From Selaginella moellendorffii (taxonomy: Eukaryota > Plantae > Lycopodiophyta), in the NCBI RefSeq assembly GCF_000143415.4, contig NW_003314287.1, forward strand, positions 1,323,514 through 1,387,513: DNA of 64,000 nt. Reading direction: 5' to 3'. Both the position numbers and the translations under genes were made by a program. Shown here in pieces: positions 34,201 through 46,480 of the stretch. The notes below the pieces were generated by a model, which was given only the letters and a program-made list of their open reading frames with translations, was not told where the DNA came from and did no database searches. Every line of letters begins with the position of its first letter. Position 1 is the stretch's first letter.

Positions 34201-37200
34201 AAGATATCTTCCTAAAAGATTTGCTGCCAGGACTACCTCTTAACCGTGAGGTTGATCATCGGATTGAGGTTATTTTGGGTTCTAAACCACCTACAAAAGC
34301 TCCGTATCAATTGAACATCAAGGAGATGGCTGAACTTAAGAAGCAACTTACAGAGCTTCTTGAAAAAGGTCATATCTGACCAAGCAAGTCACCTTATGGA
34401 GCGCCGGTCCTTTTCGTTATTAAAAAGGATGGAACCATGAGGATGTGTATTGACTATCGGGCACTCAACAAGATCACAGTTAAAAACAGTTATCCTTTGC
34501 CTCGCATTGATGACTTGTTTGACCAACTCTTAAAGGCTAAATATTTTACACGACTTGATTTGCGGTCCGGGTATCATCAGATATGGGTGGCAAATTAGGA
34601 TGTGGAGAAGACAACCTTTAAGACTCAGTACAGATCTTATGAGTTCCTTATCATGTCGTTCGGGTTATGCAATGCTCCAGCAACATTCAGCACTATGATG
34701 GATAGAATATTTGGAGATTATTTGGACACATTTGTTGTCCTATATATCAACGATGTTCTAGTCTTCAGCAAAATGTTAGAGGATCATTTGAAACACTTGG
34801 AGTTGGTGTTTCAAAAGTTGCGCGAACACAAACTGTATGCTAAGGAAAGTAAATGCGCTTTTGGTCAATTGCACATAAAATTTCTCGGACATATAGTTTG
34901 TGGTGGCATGATTGAAATCGATCCAAAGAAGGTGGAAGCGGTGAAGTCTTGGGAAGTCCTGACCACTGTGTCAGATGTTTGTTCCTTTCTCGGTTTGGTG
35001 GGATACTATTGCAAGTTTGTCCGCAATTTTGCAAGAATTTCTCTTCCATTAACTGAGTTGACAAAGAGTAGTATTCCATTTCACTGGACATCAGCTTGTC
35101 AGCGTGCTTTTGTATAGTTGAAGGAGATCTTGACTACGGTTCCTGTTCTCAGGATCCTAGATCTTGATAAACCCTTTGAAGTGCATTGTGATGCATTTGG
35201 CTATGCTATCAGTGCCGTGTTGCAGCAAGACTGTGACAAAGCGGTTGGTGTTACGCTAAGGCAACATAATTGTCCCTTTGCGTTCTATTCCAAGAAATTG
35301 GATGAAACTCAACGAAGATGGCCAACGCATGAGAAAGAGATGTTTGCTATAGTGTTAGCCCTGGAACACTGGAGACACTACTTGGGTGGACACACCAAGG
35401 TTTATACAGATAGTAACACAATAAGCTACTTTGCTACGTAGCCTAAGCTTACACTGAAGCAGGCTCATTGGCAAGAAAAGCTTGCTAGATATGATATTGA
35501 AATCATATATAAACTTGGTAAAGACAATATTATTCCGGATGCGTTGAGTCATCAGACTCAATTCCAGGCAATATCAGCAATTAGTTCGGACTGGTTGGAA
35601 GACGTTCAGGCTTCATATGGAAGTGATCCATTAGCAAAGGCAATCTTATGCCATGTGGGGTTGTTGAAGCAGAGCCCTAGTAGCGAAGCAACAAAAGTTG
35701 CTAGTCGCACTAATGCGAAGCTTCACTTCTCAGTTTGGGATGGGCTTATATTCTATAAGCAAGAAAGATTGTATCTTCCCTCTAAGGATTTGCAGCAATT
35801 ATTTTTGCGGGAACATCATAATGTTCCAGCAGCGGGACATGGTGGACAGCGAAAGACTCTAGCTTCGCTGAAAAAGGGATTTTTCTGGTCTTGTATGGAA
35901 GGTGATGTAGCGGACTATGTCCATTCCTGCCCTATATGCCAGCAATGTAAGCGTAGAACTGAGAAGCAGGCTAGAAAGTTGTAGTGCATTCCAGCACCAG
36001 CATGGCCATTTTAGAGTGTGACGCTTGATTTCATCACTTGCTTGCCGAAGTCTAAGGGTTATGATACTTTGATGGTGGTTGTGGATCGGTTGTCGAAGAT
36101 TGCACACTTCATTCCAACTGTGGGAACAGTAAATGTGAAACAAACAACAAAGCTCTTTTACCATAAAGTAGTGCAGGTTCGTGGTCTTCCTGAAGATGAT
36201 CTCGGATAGAGATTCAAGGTTTATAGGAAAGTTTTGGGGCACTCTGTTCCAGTTGTTTGGTACCAAGTTAAAGTTTAGTACGGCTTATCATCCTCAAACT
36301 GATGGGCAGACTAAACGCGTGAATGCTCAAGTTGAGGATTATCTGCGGTACTATGTCGTGGCGGACCAACGTGACTGGGTTGAGCATTTGGATACAGCAG
36401 AAATATGTTATAACAACACATTTCACAGTGCTATTGGCTGTTCTCCATAGGAGATGCTGCAAGGGAATGCTTGTGGGGTTCCTCAACAGATCATTGTACC
36501 AAAACCAATGACCGAAGTGTTGGTCCTAGCTGTTGAAACTTATATGGAGCAGCTACGCCAAGGTTGGTCTAGAGCTACTGAGGCGATGAGCAAAGCTCAG
36601 GATAGGTATCGACATGATAAGGATCAGCATCGTCAGGATGTATCCTATCAAGTGGGAGATTAGGTGTGGCTATCTTCCCAGAACTTGAACATTAAGGTCT
36701 CTTTGTCTCGGAAGCTGTTATCGAGATATGTTGGACCTTATCGAGTGTTGAAACGCATTGGTAATGTATCCTATCAGTTGGATCATCCTACGGAGATGTC
36801 CAATATTCATAATATATTTCATGCCAATCTCTTGGCTCCATACACTATGGATGATGCACGTCAAGCAGAGATTCATCCACCACCAGAAGTTGTGGATGGT
36901 GAACCTGAATATGAAGTGGAAGCTATTTTGGGTACACATTAGCTTAAACGTGCCAAACGTCGAGAGTATTTAGTTAAGTGGAAAGGTTACCCATCTTGTG
37001 AATCAACTTGGGAGCCTCTTAGGAATCTTACACATGCTCGTGAGCTTGTCACGGAGTATGAGACTCGTAATAAAAATTAGCTTTTGAAAATCTTGTAATA
37101 AATCTTGCAAATTAATAAACTAATATATTTCTATAAATCAAAGTGTCATTTCTTTCGTTTGGGTCAATTTTGGCAGGCTGACTTCAGCACTTCGGTGCAT

Positions 37201-38589
37201 GGGTCCAATCCATAACCATGGGGATAACTATTATAGACTGATCACAAGTCCCCGCCTCTCTCTCGATGACTCACTTTTGAAAAGGGGCATGGTTGTGTAA
37301 ACAACTTAATCTGCCAATTTATAATAGTTGTCTAAATCTTCCCGACGGGGTTGATTTCTTGCTCAAGGGAAGTTGGGCCTCTTGCCTTCTCCCTATGTCC
37401 CTGCGGGCAGGGATGTATCATTCCTTTGTAAGCCAAGTGGTACTTGGAGCAGCAAGGGTGGCTAACTCTGTTAGTCATTTCTTTGTCGGTGACGGTCGGA
37501 GGGTGTCTGAGTCTTAACATCTTTCGACGTAGAGGAGAGGTCATTCCATAACTCATTTAAGTCGGTGTGTTTCCCACATAGTGTGCTTTCTGTTAACTTT
37601 CGAAGTTGTTTCCTTGACGGTTTGCTAGACTCGGGTATGCATTGACGAGGACGTCAATCTTCTCCAAGGGGGGGAGAGTGTCGCGAATGTGACTTCAGGT
37701 ATAGAAAGATACTTGTCAGCCAGTCCTTACGGACACTCTTTTCTTACTGCCATGATGGCAGAAGGTCGGTACTGCTGGTTTCCTTTATTAGCCCCTCTTG
37801 TCCAAGTGTTAATAAATTGGACTTAGCATCTATACTTGGCCGGATGAGCATAAGGAAGGAATTCCTAAGTGTCGATTTAGCCAAGCATACTTGGCCCGGC
37901 TTGTTAGTTCTCTTTTGCTCTGTTTTGCACTGGCTTGGCAAGAACCCTCGTGTATTGAGACTAGTCCCTCAATATCACCGGATGATAGTTTACCGTGTCT
38001 GCTATCATGCCCTTTGTGTTAGTCTCATTTCGATCCTAAATGCTATTTATAAAAAGTGTCTAGATTCGCTCATTTGGCATATCTATGGAATGTAGAGGTC
38101 AGCTTGAACACAATGGTGTTCGTCCTGTGTCCAAATTCGCAATCTAGCGCCATTCCATATTTAGTAAGTTTTGAGCTTGTCCTAGAGACTAACTCCTAGT
38201 TCTAAGGGAGGCTTGGGGTGAAAGCCCAAAGCGTGTGTTCCTCAAGGGGGAGGGGGGGGGCTGTGGGGGGTTCCAAATGTATAGTAGGGATAGTGGTTGG
38301 AATGCATGTCCGACCACCTGAGACATTAGTTTAGCTTCTGTTGGGTTGTGTCGCTCCTTATTCTACGTTTGGCTTGGGTCTAAGCCCAAGCTCCACGCTG
38401 CTCTAGTCGATGGGGTACCCTCCTCTTTGTGTTAGGCCACCAATATGCCAAAATTGTGCCAGACTCCGTCTGACACCATTTTGTGTGCAGGTGCTGGATA
38501 CGGGGAGCTGATGCTCATGGGATTGTACCGAACCCTCGTTTTGTAGTGCAACGGGCTTGGAGTTTAGCTCCAAATTCAGGTGCACTACA
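31255..38589 (+). mobile_element. Full-length decayed Ty3/Gypsy chromovirus E
   Basis: LTRs 31255-32176 and 37679-38589; TSD CCAAT at 31250-31254 and 38590-38594; PBS TGGTATCAGAGC at 32179-32190; PPT at 37666-37678. Confidence 0.96.
32368..37080 (+). pseudogene. gag-pol of E with many stops and frameshifts
   Basis: CFHCGELGHRSSEC knuckle, IDTGA protease, RT (YIND), RNase H, integrase HPQTDGQT, GPY motif and chromodomain EYEVEAILG..YLVKWKGY. Confidence 0.93.
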
Positions 38590-39619
38590 CCAATAGTGCC
38601 AGAGCCTTGAGTCTTGATTGTCCGGTGAAAGAAAGGAGACATGGGATGCGAATGTTACAGGAATTGGTAATGGCTTGATGAAATGTGGTGAGGAGCTTAA
38701 TAAAGAAGAAAAGTGATTTTTATTCGGGGAGTCCAAATAAACAGCTTGGACAAGGTCGTTTCCCAACTGCGACAGAGGTGGACCTTGAGGCAGAGTGAAC
38801 TCGAGCAGTCGGGGAGGCTTCTTGGGACACACAGCTGCTTTGTGATTAGGATCAGCATAGTAGAGGCAAAGATTCTGAGATACTCGATGTTGCTTCTCAA
38901 CAGGACTTAGCTTCCCTTTGATGAGTCGGGGAGTACTAGAAATATCCATTGGGACCGGAGCAGTAGGTTCAGAAGTATGCCCCGAAGACTCACGCTGGGA
39001 TTCCTAAGTCTGGGACGGGAAAATGGTGGCGCAGCAACAATCAAAACAAGCTAAAGCAAAAGCAAAAAGCACAATCTGAATCAAATTGTCAAGACCCCCA
39101 ACAAGATTAGAACTAGAAAATGCAGAAGACAAAGAGAAAAGCTAGTGGAGACGAAAAAGAAGCCTTAAACTAGCGTTAATTCAGATTGTGGAGAAATGGA
39201 ACAAGGTTAACCTATATATACTATAGGTTGATGAAGCTCCACCACTCTTGGATCAAGGACGGCCTAAATATAGCTAAGGTTGAGGAGGCACCACGTCATC
39301 ATCAGGAATGTGGTTTAAGAATCAGGAATCATACGGGAAATCAGAGAGTCAAGAATGTAGTCTGCGGGTCAAGAATCTAACGAGAGTTAGGAATGTGGCA
39401 AGAATTGGGGGATTCCTAACATTGGCAATGGTGCATGTGAGCATTCCAGCTCAAGCTGCCCAAAGACATGATCATGGATGAGCCTGCTCCTACCAATAGT
39501 GTGTGCATCAATCTCTATTACATCCAATCCCTTATGCTCCAAAACGATGGGAGTTTGCACTTCAAAGTTGAGACTGCTCTGTTTATCCCTCCATATAGAA
39601 TTTTTTTGGAACATCAATT

Positions 39620-39890
39620 ACATGAATATTTACATGAAACTATAGTTCTAGCCCATGTTCTTGGTAATGCCACTGCCACTCCTGCTGGGCATCCATGACT
39701 TTACCATAAATCTGGCTGTTTTGTGGATGATAGAAGGCGAGCCCACATCCAATCTGTGATGTTTACGTGTCTCTGCTTCTCACACCCTCTAAAGATGGGA
39801 TGTAAGCCTGTTATTAACAGGAAGCCAGCCATTGCTCCAGATCGCACAGACCAATATCCTTGAGCGCTCTACCTTTTCATTCCATAAGGG
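39620..39890 (-). pseudogene. Deletion-riddled partial copy of the PFK 3' end
   Basis: Matches 40765-41345 in blocks, e.g. AGAAGGCGAGCCCACATCC.ATCTGTGATGTTTACGTGTCTCTGCTTCTCA. Confidence 0.8.
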
Positions 39891-39943
39891 TTTTAGTGTT
39901 AACATAAACCAATGTCTCTGCGGTACGTGTCTCACAGAGGCTT

Positions 39944-40672
39944 GTGATGCTGTCCAGCTCCAATCAAAAGAACTTGGTGTTCCTGGGTGAGCCCAAGGGG
40001 AACTGGGACAAGGTTTTCGAAGTTGTTATCAACGCTCCAAACTTAGAGGCCTTGCATGTTGAAATATTCCAGCCGGGAACAGACGTTCGCATCATGCACC
40101 CGGAGGATACCTTGATCAGGTTTGTTCTCTATGGTCCGTGCATACTTTACAAGGAGTGTGGGATGATCCTGAGCAAATATGCAGCATTTTGAAGCACACG
40201 CTCGTGATCGTGAAACTCCGTTTGGAGATGTTTGTAGTCCCTGCCCTGGATATCGGCCACCTTTGGCTCAGCTCTCCAGCTTGAGAGATCTGCGTTTTGA
40301 TGCCTTTTCTCTACGAGTAAGCTTGATTTCTCTCGTTTTGCTTTCTATAAATTTGCTTTGCTTCAGCAGGGCCTCAAAGAGCTCTCTGATCACAGGGACT
40401 GCAGATTTGAGGCGCTCACTGTGCATGTCTGGGTGAGCAGCAGTTTTATATCCGATCAGATTCTCAAGATGTTGCTCGACGTTCATCAGGTTCGAATGGT
40501 TGAGGTGCATCATGACTACGATATGATGGTGGATCCAGCGACGGGGTCCACGCACCCGGATTACCAGGGGTGGCGTTTGTTGTGCAACTTGATCCCGTGC
40601 TATCCCGATCGCATTTTGTTCAAGCGAGAGAATGATATAAGGTTTCCCTTCATAGAATGGTGTGCGCATTAA
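39944..40672 (+). pseudogene. Possible gene remnant (LRR/FBD-like?), frameshifted
   Basis: Coding-like ORF pieces (VINAPNLEALHV, LSSLRDLRFDAF) and a candidate GT..AG intron near 40317-40365; family not recognised. Confidence 0.3.
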
Positions 40673-40792
40673 TCCAGGCGATGGAGCTTGTTGAAACACG
40701 TCTTTGCCATGGTTGCCGTCATTTCAAAGTAACATCCATATTTGCTTAAAACTTACATCCAAAAACACGAATATTTACACCAAAGTATAGTT

Positions 40793-43285
40793 CTAGCCCA
40801 AGTTCTCGGTAACGCCGCTCAAACCGACCCTCCTGGGGATTCCATTCTCGGGTGTTGCCGTGTGCTCGCCACCAACAGTGCCGATCGACGCTGGCGGGGA
40901 CTCTGCCGGAGTCGACGCCGCTTCTTTCTTTCTCTTGGCGTCCATGACTTTATCGTATTTGAGGAAATCTGGCTGGTTTGTGGACGACAGAAGGCGAGCC
41001 CACATCCGATCTGTGATGTTTACGTGTCTCTGCTTCTCAGTCACCCTCTGATCCAAGGGAAAAGAAGAAAAAACCGATTGCTAAACAGAGGAAGACGAGG
41101 AATCTCGAGGAAAGCTTACGTGAATTGGGATGTAAGCATGCCTGTTGTTGACAGGACCAACGGTGAAGCCAGTGTAGCCAGCCATTGCTCCGTGGATCGC
41201 ACTGTGAGCGAGTAGAGTGCAGTAGACATTGTCCGAGGCGTTGCTCCGGATTGCTCGGATCATATACGTTGGATCTGAAAATCAAAAGTTGAGAGAAAAG
41301 AGAAGGCAAGAAAAACTCGTAGGCACTGACCAATGTACTTGAGGTTGATGATCTCCTTCTTCTCGGTGAAGTGGTCCTGTTTTTACAAGTTGAGTTGAGC
41401 ACGAAAGGAAAGCCCTTTTCCCAGAACTTACCTTCAGCTTTGAGCAAAGCCACTGACCAACATCCATCAAAAGTTTGTTCCCAGACGCGTCTAGTCCGCC
41501 CGTCTCTTTGAAACTCTGGGCCATTAGCTCTTGCCCTGCGCCTTCAGCGACGACGAGAACCAGGTGGCCATTCTCCCTGAGCCGCTTCTCTACGAAACTG
41601 TAAAGTCCTCCTTTGCCCTCCAGGTAGAATGGCACTTCAGGTATCAAGCAGCAGTCCTGTATATAACACAAGCGAGGAATAAAAACTCGGAGGAAGCATT
41701 GACAGGCAATAACCATACCACGTCACGGCTCGCCAGAGTTGCGTACATCGCAATGTATCCTGTCACGTATCCAAAGAATCATAGTCAATACTTACAGTCG
41801 AAAATTGCAATGTTCCCTACCAGTATAGCGACCCATGAGCTTGACCAGGCCAACACCATTCTCAGCACTCTCAGCTTCAGTGTGCGCGGCATCAATTGCG
41901 CGCTGCGCTTCCTCCACCGCCGAGTCAAACCCAAACGACTTGTCTATAACCTGAAACACTGTCCTCGCTAAGTACCACCGACAGAAACTTCGTCGAGTTC
42001 TTACCGCGATATCGTTGTCTATGGTTTTTGGAATGCCAGCCACGGCAACTTTAACTCCTCTCTTACGAATTTCCTGGAACAGCAAAAATGTTTGATCAGA
42101 CCAACAGCCTGACAAAAACTAAACTCACTTCGTAGATAGCATTCACTCCTTTCTGTGTGCCATCTCCACCGATAATGTAAACCTTGCGAAAAAAAAGCAC
42201 CAAATAGGTAGTAAGCACATCATTCCGACATAACTTTCCACCTGGCTATACCTGATTGATGCCTCGATCCACGATGCTGCTCACAATCTTGTTGATATCA
42301 CTTCCACCTCGTGACGTTCCAAGTATGGTGCCACCGCGTTTGTGTATATCATTCACAACCTTGGGGTTCAGCGGCCTCGTGTTTCGGGAATAAAATCCCT
42401 TGTAGCCTGCCTGAAGTTGCAACATGTAAGTTACTGCCGCTGCTTCATCAGCAAACTCGTACCTCAATTCCCAGGATGTCTCGAACACCATACTGAGTCC
42501 AAAGTCCACAGACGATCTCACGGATGACTGTATTGAGTCCGGGACACAGGCCTCCGCAAGTAACAATGCAAGCTCGGACCTCGTCGGCTTTGAAATAGAT
42601 CTGCCAAGAGCGAACGTTTGTAGATCACAAAGAGTTTCAAGACTACTACCTACCTGTTCACGAGGACCAGCACGCCGGAAGTGAATGCCTTCTCCTGGTG
42701 TTTTGAGCGTGACAACAATCTGGATAAACGCAAGTCGGGTCAATGATCGACCAAGAGAAACCAAAGAAAGCTCACATCTTTGGCGACCATGGCGTCCTCG
42801 TCCACAAAGTATTGCTTGACAGCCACATACGCTGGATTGTGCTTTAGAGGATTCGCATACGTCTGCCAAGGAAGAAGAAAACAACGTCCGTCGATCCAGG
42901 TTCCCGAGGATCCGATAGAAAAACTCACCGGAAGGTCCGGCAGCCAGTCGGTGACGTGAGGCACGTCCTCCAGCACCGCTCCATTAGCTCCGTTAACCAG
43001 CTTCACATCCGAAGAAGGATTTGACGAAGCCGAATCCATCGAAGGCGACGAATTCGACGAAGAGTTCTTCGACGCCGACACGAGCTTCCTCCTCCTGTGT
43101 CTCACAAGCCCGGGAGACGAAAGCCTCAGCCTTCTGGAATGACCTCCAGCCCGGAAAGAAGAAGAAAAAGAAGAATGAGAACAATGGACTCTACTGCTGC
43201 TGCCCAAACTTTTCCTGTGCTCCAATCGATCCACCAATTCCGCCCCCTGAGCCGGGCCACTGCATCCCAGATGCGACGCAGCCAT
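40793..43285 (-). CDS. PFK: ATP-dependent 6-phosphofructokinase, multi-exon, probable plastid transit peptide
   Basis: Motifs [66 protein letters not shown]; Ser/Arg-rich N-terminus; many ~50-nt introns. Confidence 0.95.
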
Positions 43286-43481
43286 TGCTCGAGCTAGACT
43301 TTCTCAAACAGGAAAGCTTCGCTGCTGCTGCTGCTGTGCTGCGTGGGTTTTAGCTCGACTGGATCTACGGACCAAAGTGGCGACCGCCACGTGCCCCAGA
43401 ATATTCCCCACGCACGCGAATATCCCCCACCTGTCCTTTTTCCCTGTTTTGCCCTAACCACCGTTTCTTAGCCACCGTTTT

Positions 43482-45632
43482 TTAGGGTTCTTGGGCAGCA
43501 GCGTAAATGTTGGCCATGAGAACGCATGGGATGTCGCCGCGATCGCTGCCCAGCTTCTCGAATACGAGCTTCCCAACCTCCACATTCCTCCACTTCGCGC
43601 TCGCGCTCAGCAGCGTCTTCCAAGTCACTGGGTTGGCGACGAACGGCATGCTCCTAGCCATGGCCACCGCCTCGTCCAGGAGATTGGCCCTCCCCAGCGC
43701 GTCCACCACGCAGTGGTAGTGCTCGATCTCCGGGGCGATGCCGTAGCGCTCTCGCATCGCCCGGAAGAGCCCGCGGCATTGCTCCACCATCCCTGCGTGG
43801 CTGCAAGCCGTGAGGATGGAGAGGAAGATCACTCGGTTTGGATGGATACCTTCGTCGCGCATCGTTCCAAACAGCTCCAGCGCGCGATCCGTGTCCCCCT
43901 GGCGAGCGTATCCCGCGAGGATCGCCCCCCAAGTCACCGAGTTCCGGCTCTCCGGCTCCAGCGACGCGAAGATCATCTCCGCCTCCGCCATGGCTCCACA
44001 CTTCGCGTAGAAGTCGACGAGGCTGTTTGCGACGAACTGGTGGTGCTCGAGCTTGTACCGGCAGATCTGCGCGTGGATGTTCTTGCCGGAGTCGAGAGCC
44101 GCCGTGTTGCTGCACGCCACCAAGGTGGCGACGAAGGTTTGAGGATTTGGAGCGCAACCGCGACGCTGCATTTGCTGGAAGAGATCGAGAGCGAGCTTTC
44201 CATGGCCGTTTTCTGCGTAGCCGAGTATGAGAGAAGTCCAAGCAACCACGTCGTGATTTACCATCCGATCGAAGGCTCGCTGAGCGTCCAGCATGCTTCC
44301 ACACTTTGCGTACATCTCCACCACCGCGCTGGCCAGGAACAAGTCGGAAGAAAGATCAAAGCCAGCGCAACATGCTGCTTGAGAGTGGATCGCCATCCCC
44401 CTGTCAAGGCAGCTCAGTTTCGCAAGATCTGATCCAGGGTCGAGCTCCTTGCCTTGTTTCGCAGCCATAGTCGCACAGGCCGATAGCGCGGCAATGAAAG
44501 TCCGGGAGTTTGGAAGGCAGGCGCTGGAATCTCGCAGGAACTCGAACAGCTCTAGCGCAAGCTCGCTCTCGGAGTTCTTTACGTGACCGAGTATCAAACT
44601 CGTCCAGGAAACCACGTCGTGGCAAGGCATCCTGTCAAAAACACATCGAGAATCCATCACGCTCCCACTCTCGGCATACAAATCAACGAGAATACTTGCC
44701 AGGCACGTCTGCGACTCGAATCCACTCCTCGTAGCATCGGCATGGATCTCCATACACTTCTCCAGACTCTCCAGCTTCACAAGAACGCCATCGATTTCTC
44801 TGTGCTCTTCGCTCTCTGCCAAGCCAAAACAAGCCATTAGCGCTGCCACAAAAGTTCTAGCGTTTGCTTCGCAGCAGCCTCTAGAAGTTCTTACGTGAGT
44901 GAAGATCTCGAGAGCTAGATTGTTGTCCCCGTTTGCTCCATATCCCACGATGAGAGAGTTCCAGGAAACCATATCATGCCAAGGCATTGTATCGAAAACC
45001 AAGCGAGCATCCACCATGCTTCCACACTTGGCATACAAATTCACCAAAGCATTCCCCACGAAAGTGTCTGAGAGGGAGCCCGTGATCTTAGCTCGAGCAT
45101 GGATTTCCATTCCCTTCTCCAGGATATAGCTCCTGTGTTCCTCGTTCTTGGAAATCTTCGCTGTGCAAGCCATGAGAGCAGCGAGATAGGTTCTAGCGTT
45201 TGCCTCGCACCCCTCACGCAGCATCCGCTGGAACGATCCAAAAGCCCGCTCGAAATCCCCATTCTCTACATACCCCATGATCAAGGAATTCCACGACACA
45301 GTGCTGTGCCGCGGCATTCGATCAAACACCGTGTAGCTCTCGGCCATGGCCCGACATTTCGCGAAGGCATTGACGGCGCTGTTGGCGACGAAGAGATTCG
45401 AGTAGAGGCCGGTCTTCACGGCATCGCGGTGGATCCTCCGGCAGCTCTCCAAATCCCCGGACGGAGCACATGCCCTGAGCGCGATGAGGATCAAATGAGC
45501 CAGCGCAGCGTGCCCTGGCTGCTCGATCAATGAATGTTGTGATGCGAACCTGAAAATCCTGCGAGCCTGATACATACATTTTCTAGTTCTAGGAGAATCC
45601 AAGAACCCTAATCTGTAAACCCTAATATACAA
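43482..45632 (-). CDS. PLS-class pentatricopeptide repeat protein with E-like C-terminus (start codon uncertain)
   Basis: Repeated YAKCGS..DA..VFD.M..HDVVSW motifs; HYHCVVDALGRA; no DYW domain. Confidence 0.93.
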   Translation of the reverse strand: MYIRVYRLGFLDSPRTRKCMYQARRIFRFASQHSLIEQPGHAALAHLILIALRACAPSGDLESCRRIHRDAVKTGLYSNLFVANSAVNAFAKCRAMAESYTVFDRMPRHSTVSWNSLIMGYVENGDFERAFGSFQRMLREGCEANARTYLAALMACTAKISKNEEHRSYILEKGMEIHARAKITGSLSDTFVGNALVNLYAKCGSMVDARLVFDTMPWHDMVSWNSLIVGYGANGDNNLALEIFTHVRTSRGCCEANARTFVAALMACFGLAESEEHREIDGVLVKLESLEKCMEIHADATRSGFESQTCLASILVDLYAESGSVMDSRCVFDRMPCHDVVSWTSLILGHVKNSESELALELFEFLRDSSACLPNSRTFIAALSACATMAAKQGKELDPGSDLAKLSCLDRGMAIHSQAACCAGFDLSSDLFLASAVVEMYAKCGSMLDAQRAFDRMVNHDVVAWTSLILGYAENGHGKLALDLFQQMQRRGCAPNPQTFVATLVACSNTAALDSGKNIHAQICRYKLEHHQFVANSLVDFYAKCGAMAEAEMIFASLEPESRNSVTWGAILAGYARQGDTDRALELFGTMRDEGIHPNRVIFLSILTACSHAGMVEQCRGLFRAMRERYGIAPEIEHYHCVVDALGRANLLDEAVAMARSMPFVANPVTWKTLLSASAKWRNVEVGKLVFEKLGSDRGDIPCVLMANIYAAAQEP

Positions 45633-45929
45633 AAGGTAAAAACAAGTTCATTAAGATCTTGCTGAGACTGTAAGATTCCAAAGCTTCTTTTCCACAACAA
45701 ACAATAATACCTATGCATCTATGTTTCCTCATAAACTATGGCAAAGAAACTGCTGTATATTACAGCTTGTTTGCTAAGCACTTCACGTTTTAAGAAATGG
45801 TGTTTTAGAAAAGCATGATATGTGTTTTTTTTCTCTGAGTTCTTGAGATGCAAACCCAGATCAAAACCAGCATTTTCTGCTTGAGGATTCAGTTTTGCAA
45901 GATTTCTAGGGTCAAGCTTCACTCACATA

Positions 45930-46480
45930 AGCTGGGAAGCAAACGTTAGAACTTTTGTAACAGCGCTTTGACTTGGCTAAATCAAGAGCATATAAATCTA
46001 AAAGAATACTTGCCAGGCACATCTGCAACTCAATTTCATGATCTTTGTACACTTACAGGCTCTCCACCCTCATCGATTTCTATATGCTGAGTGGGCATGA
46101 TGGGTTCTTGATGTATTTTGACAGGATGTCTTGCCATGATTTGGTTTTCTGGACGAGTTTCATATTTGGTCATGTAAAAGACTTTGAGAATGAGCTTTCT
46201 CTAGAGGTGCTTGAGTTCATGCACGAGTTTGGTGCCTGCCTTTCAAATTCTCATGGATTTCATTGCTGCACTATTGGTCTGTGGAATGATGAGAGCTATA
46301 TTGCTGTCTTATTTGCTCTGAGAGCTTTCTAGTGATGCCAAGGCATGGTATTAAAAACCAAGTGAGCATTCACCATACTTTTGCACTTGGCATTCAAATT
46401 TAAAAGTATTCTCCATAGCTTGAGCATGTATTTCCATTTCCTTCTATAGGATATCACTCTTGTGTACCTTTGCCTCATAC
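45930..46480. pseudogene. Scrambled partial duplicate of the neighbouring PPR gene
   Basis: Blocks match 44470-45220 in alternating orientations. Confidence 0.75.

Larger units (their letters stand above)
17302..39421 (-). mobile_element. Old Ty3/Gypsy element F (Tcn1/Tf1-sushi-like), host of nested insertions
   Basis: 335-bp LTRs at 17302-17636 and 39087-39421; TSD TTGGC at 17297-17301 and 39422-39426; PPT-like tract next to 17637. Decayed gag end (38595-38950), protease LLDSG (split by E), RT TKIDL.GAYNLIRIR/YLDN, RNase H and integrase pieces at 18986-22014. Confidence 0.9.

Noticed and set aside
35229-35265. Short insert in E RNase H as another intron
   Set aside because: In frame, not AT-rich, no proper splice ends; looks like a local duplication.
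43491-44432. Antisense ORFs over the PPR gene (and 62159-63283 over trihelix)
   Set aside because: Typical shadow ORFs of GC-rich coding sequence, with no motifs.
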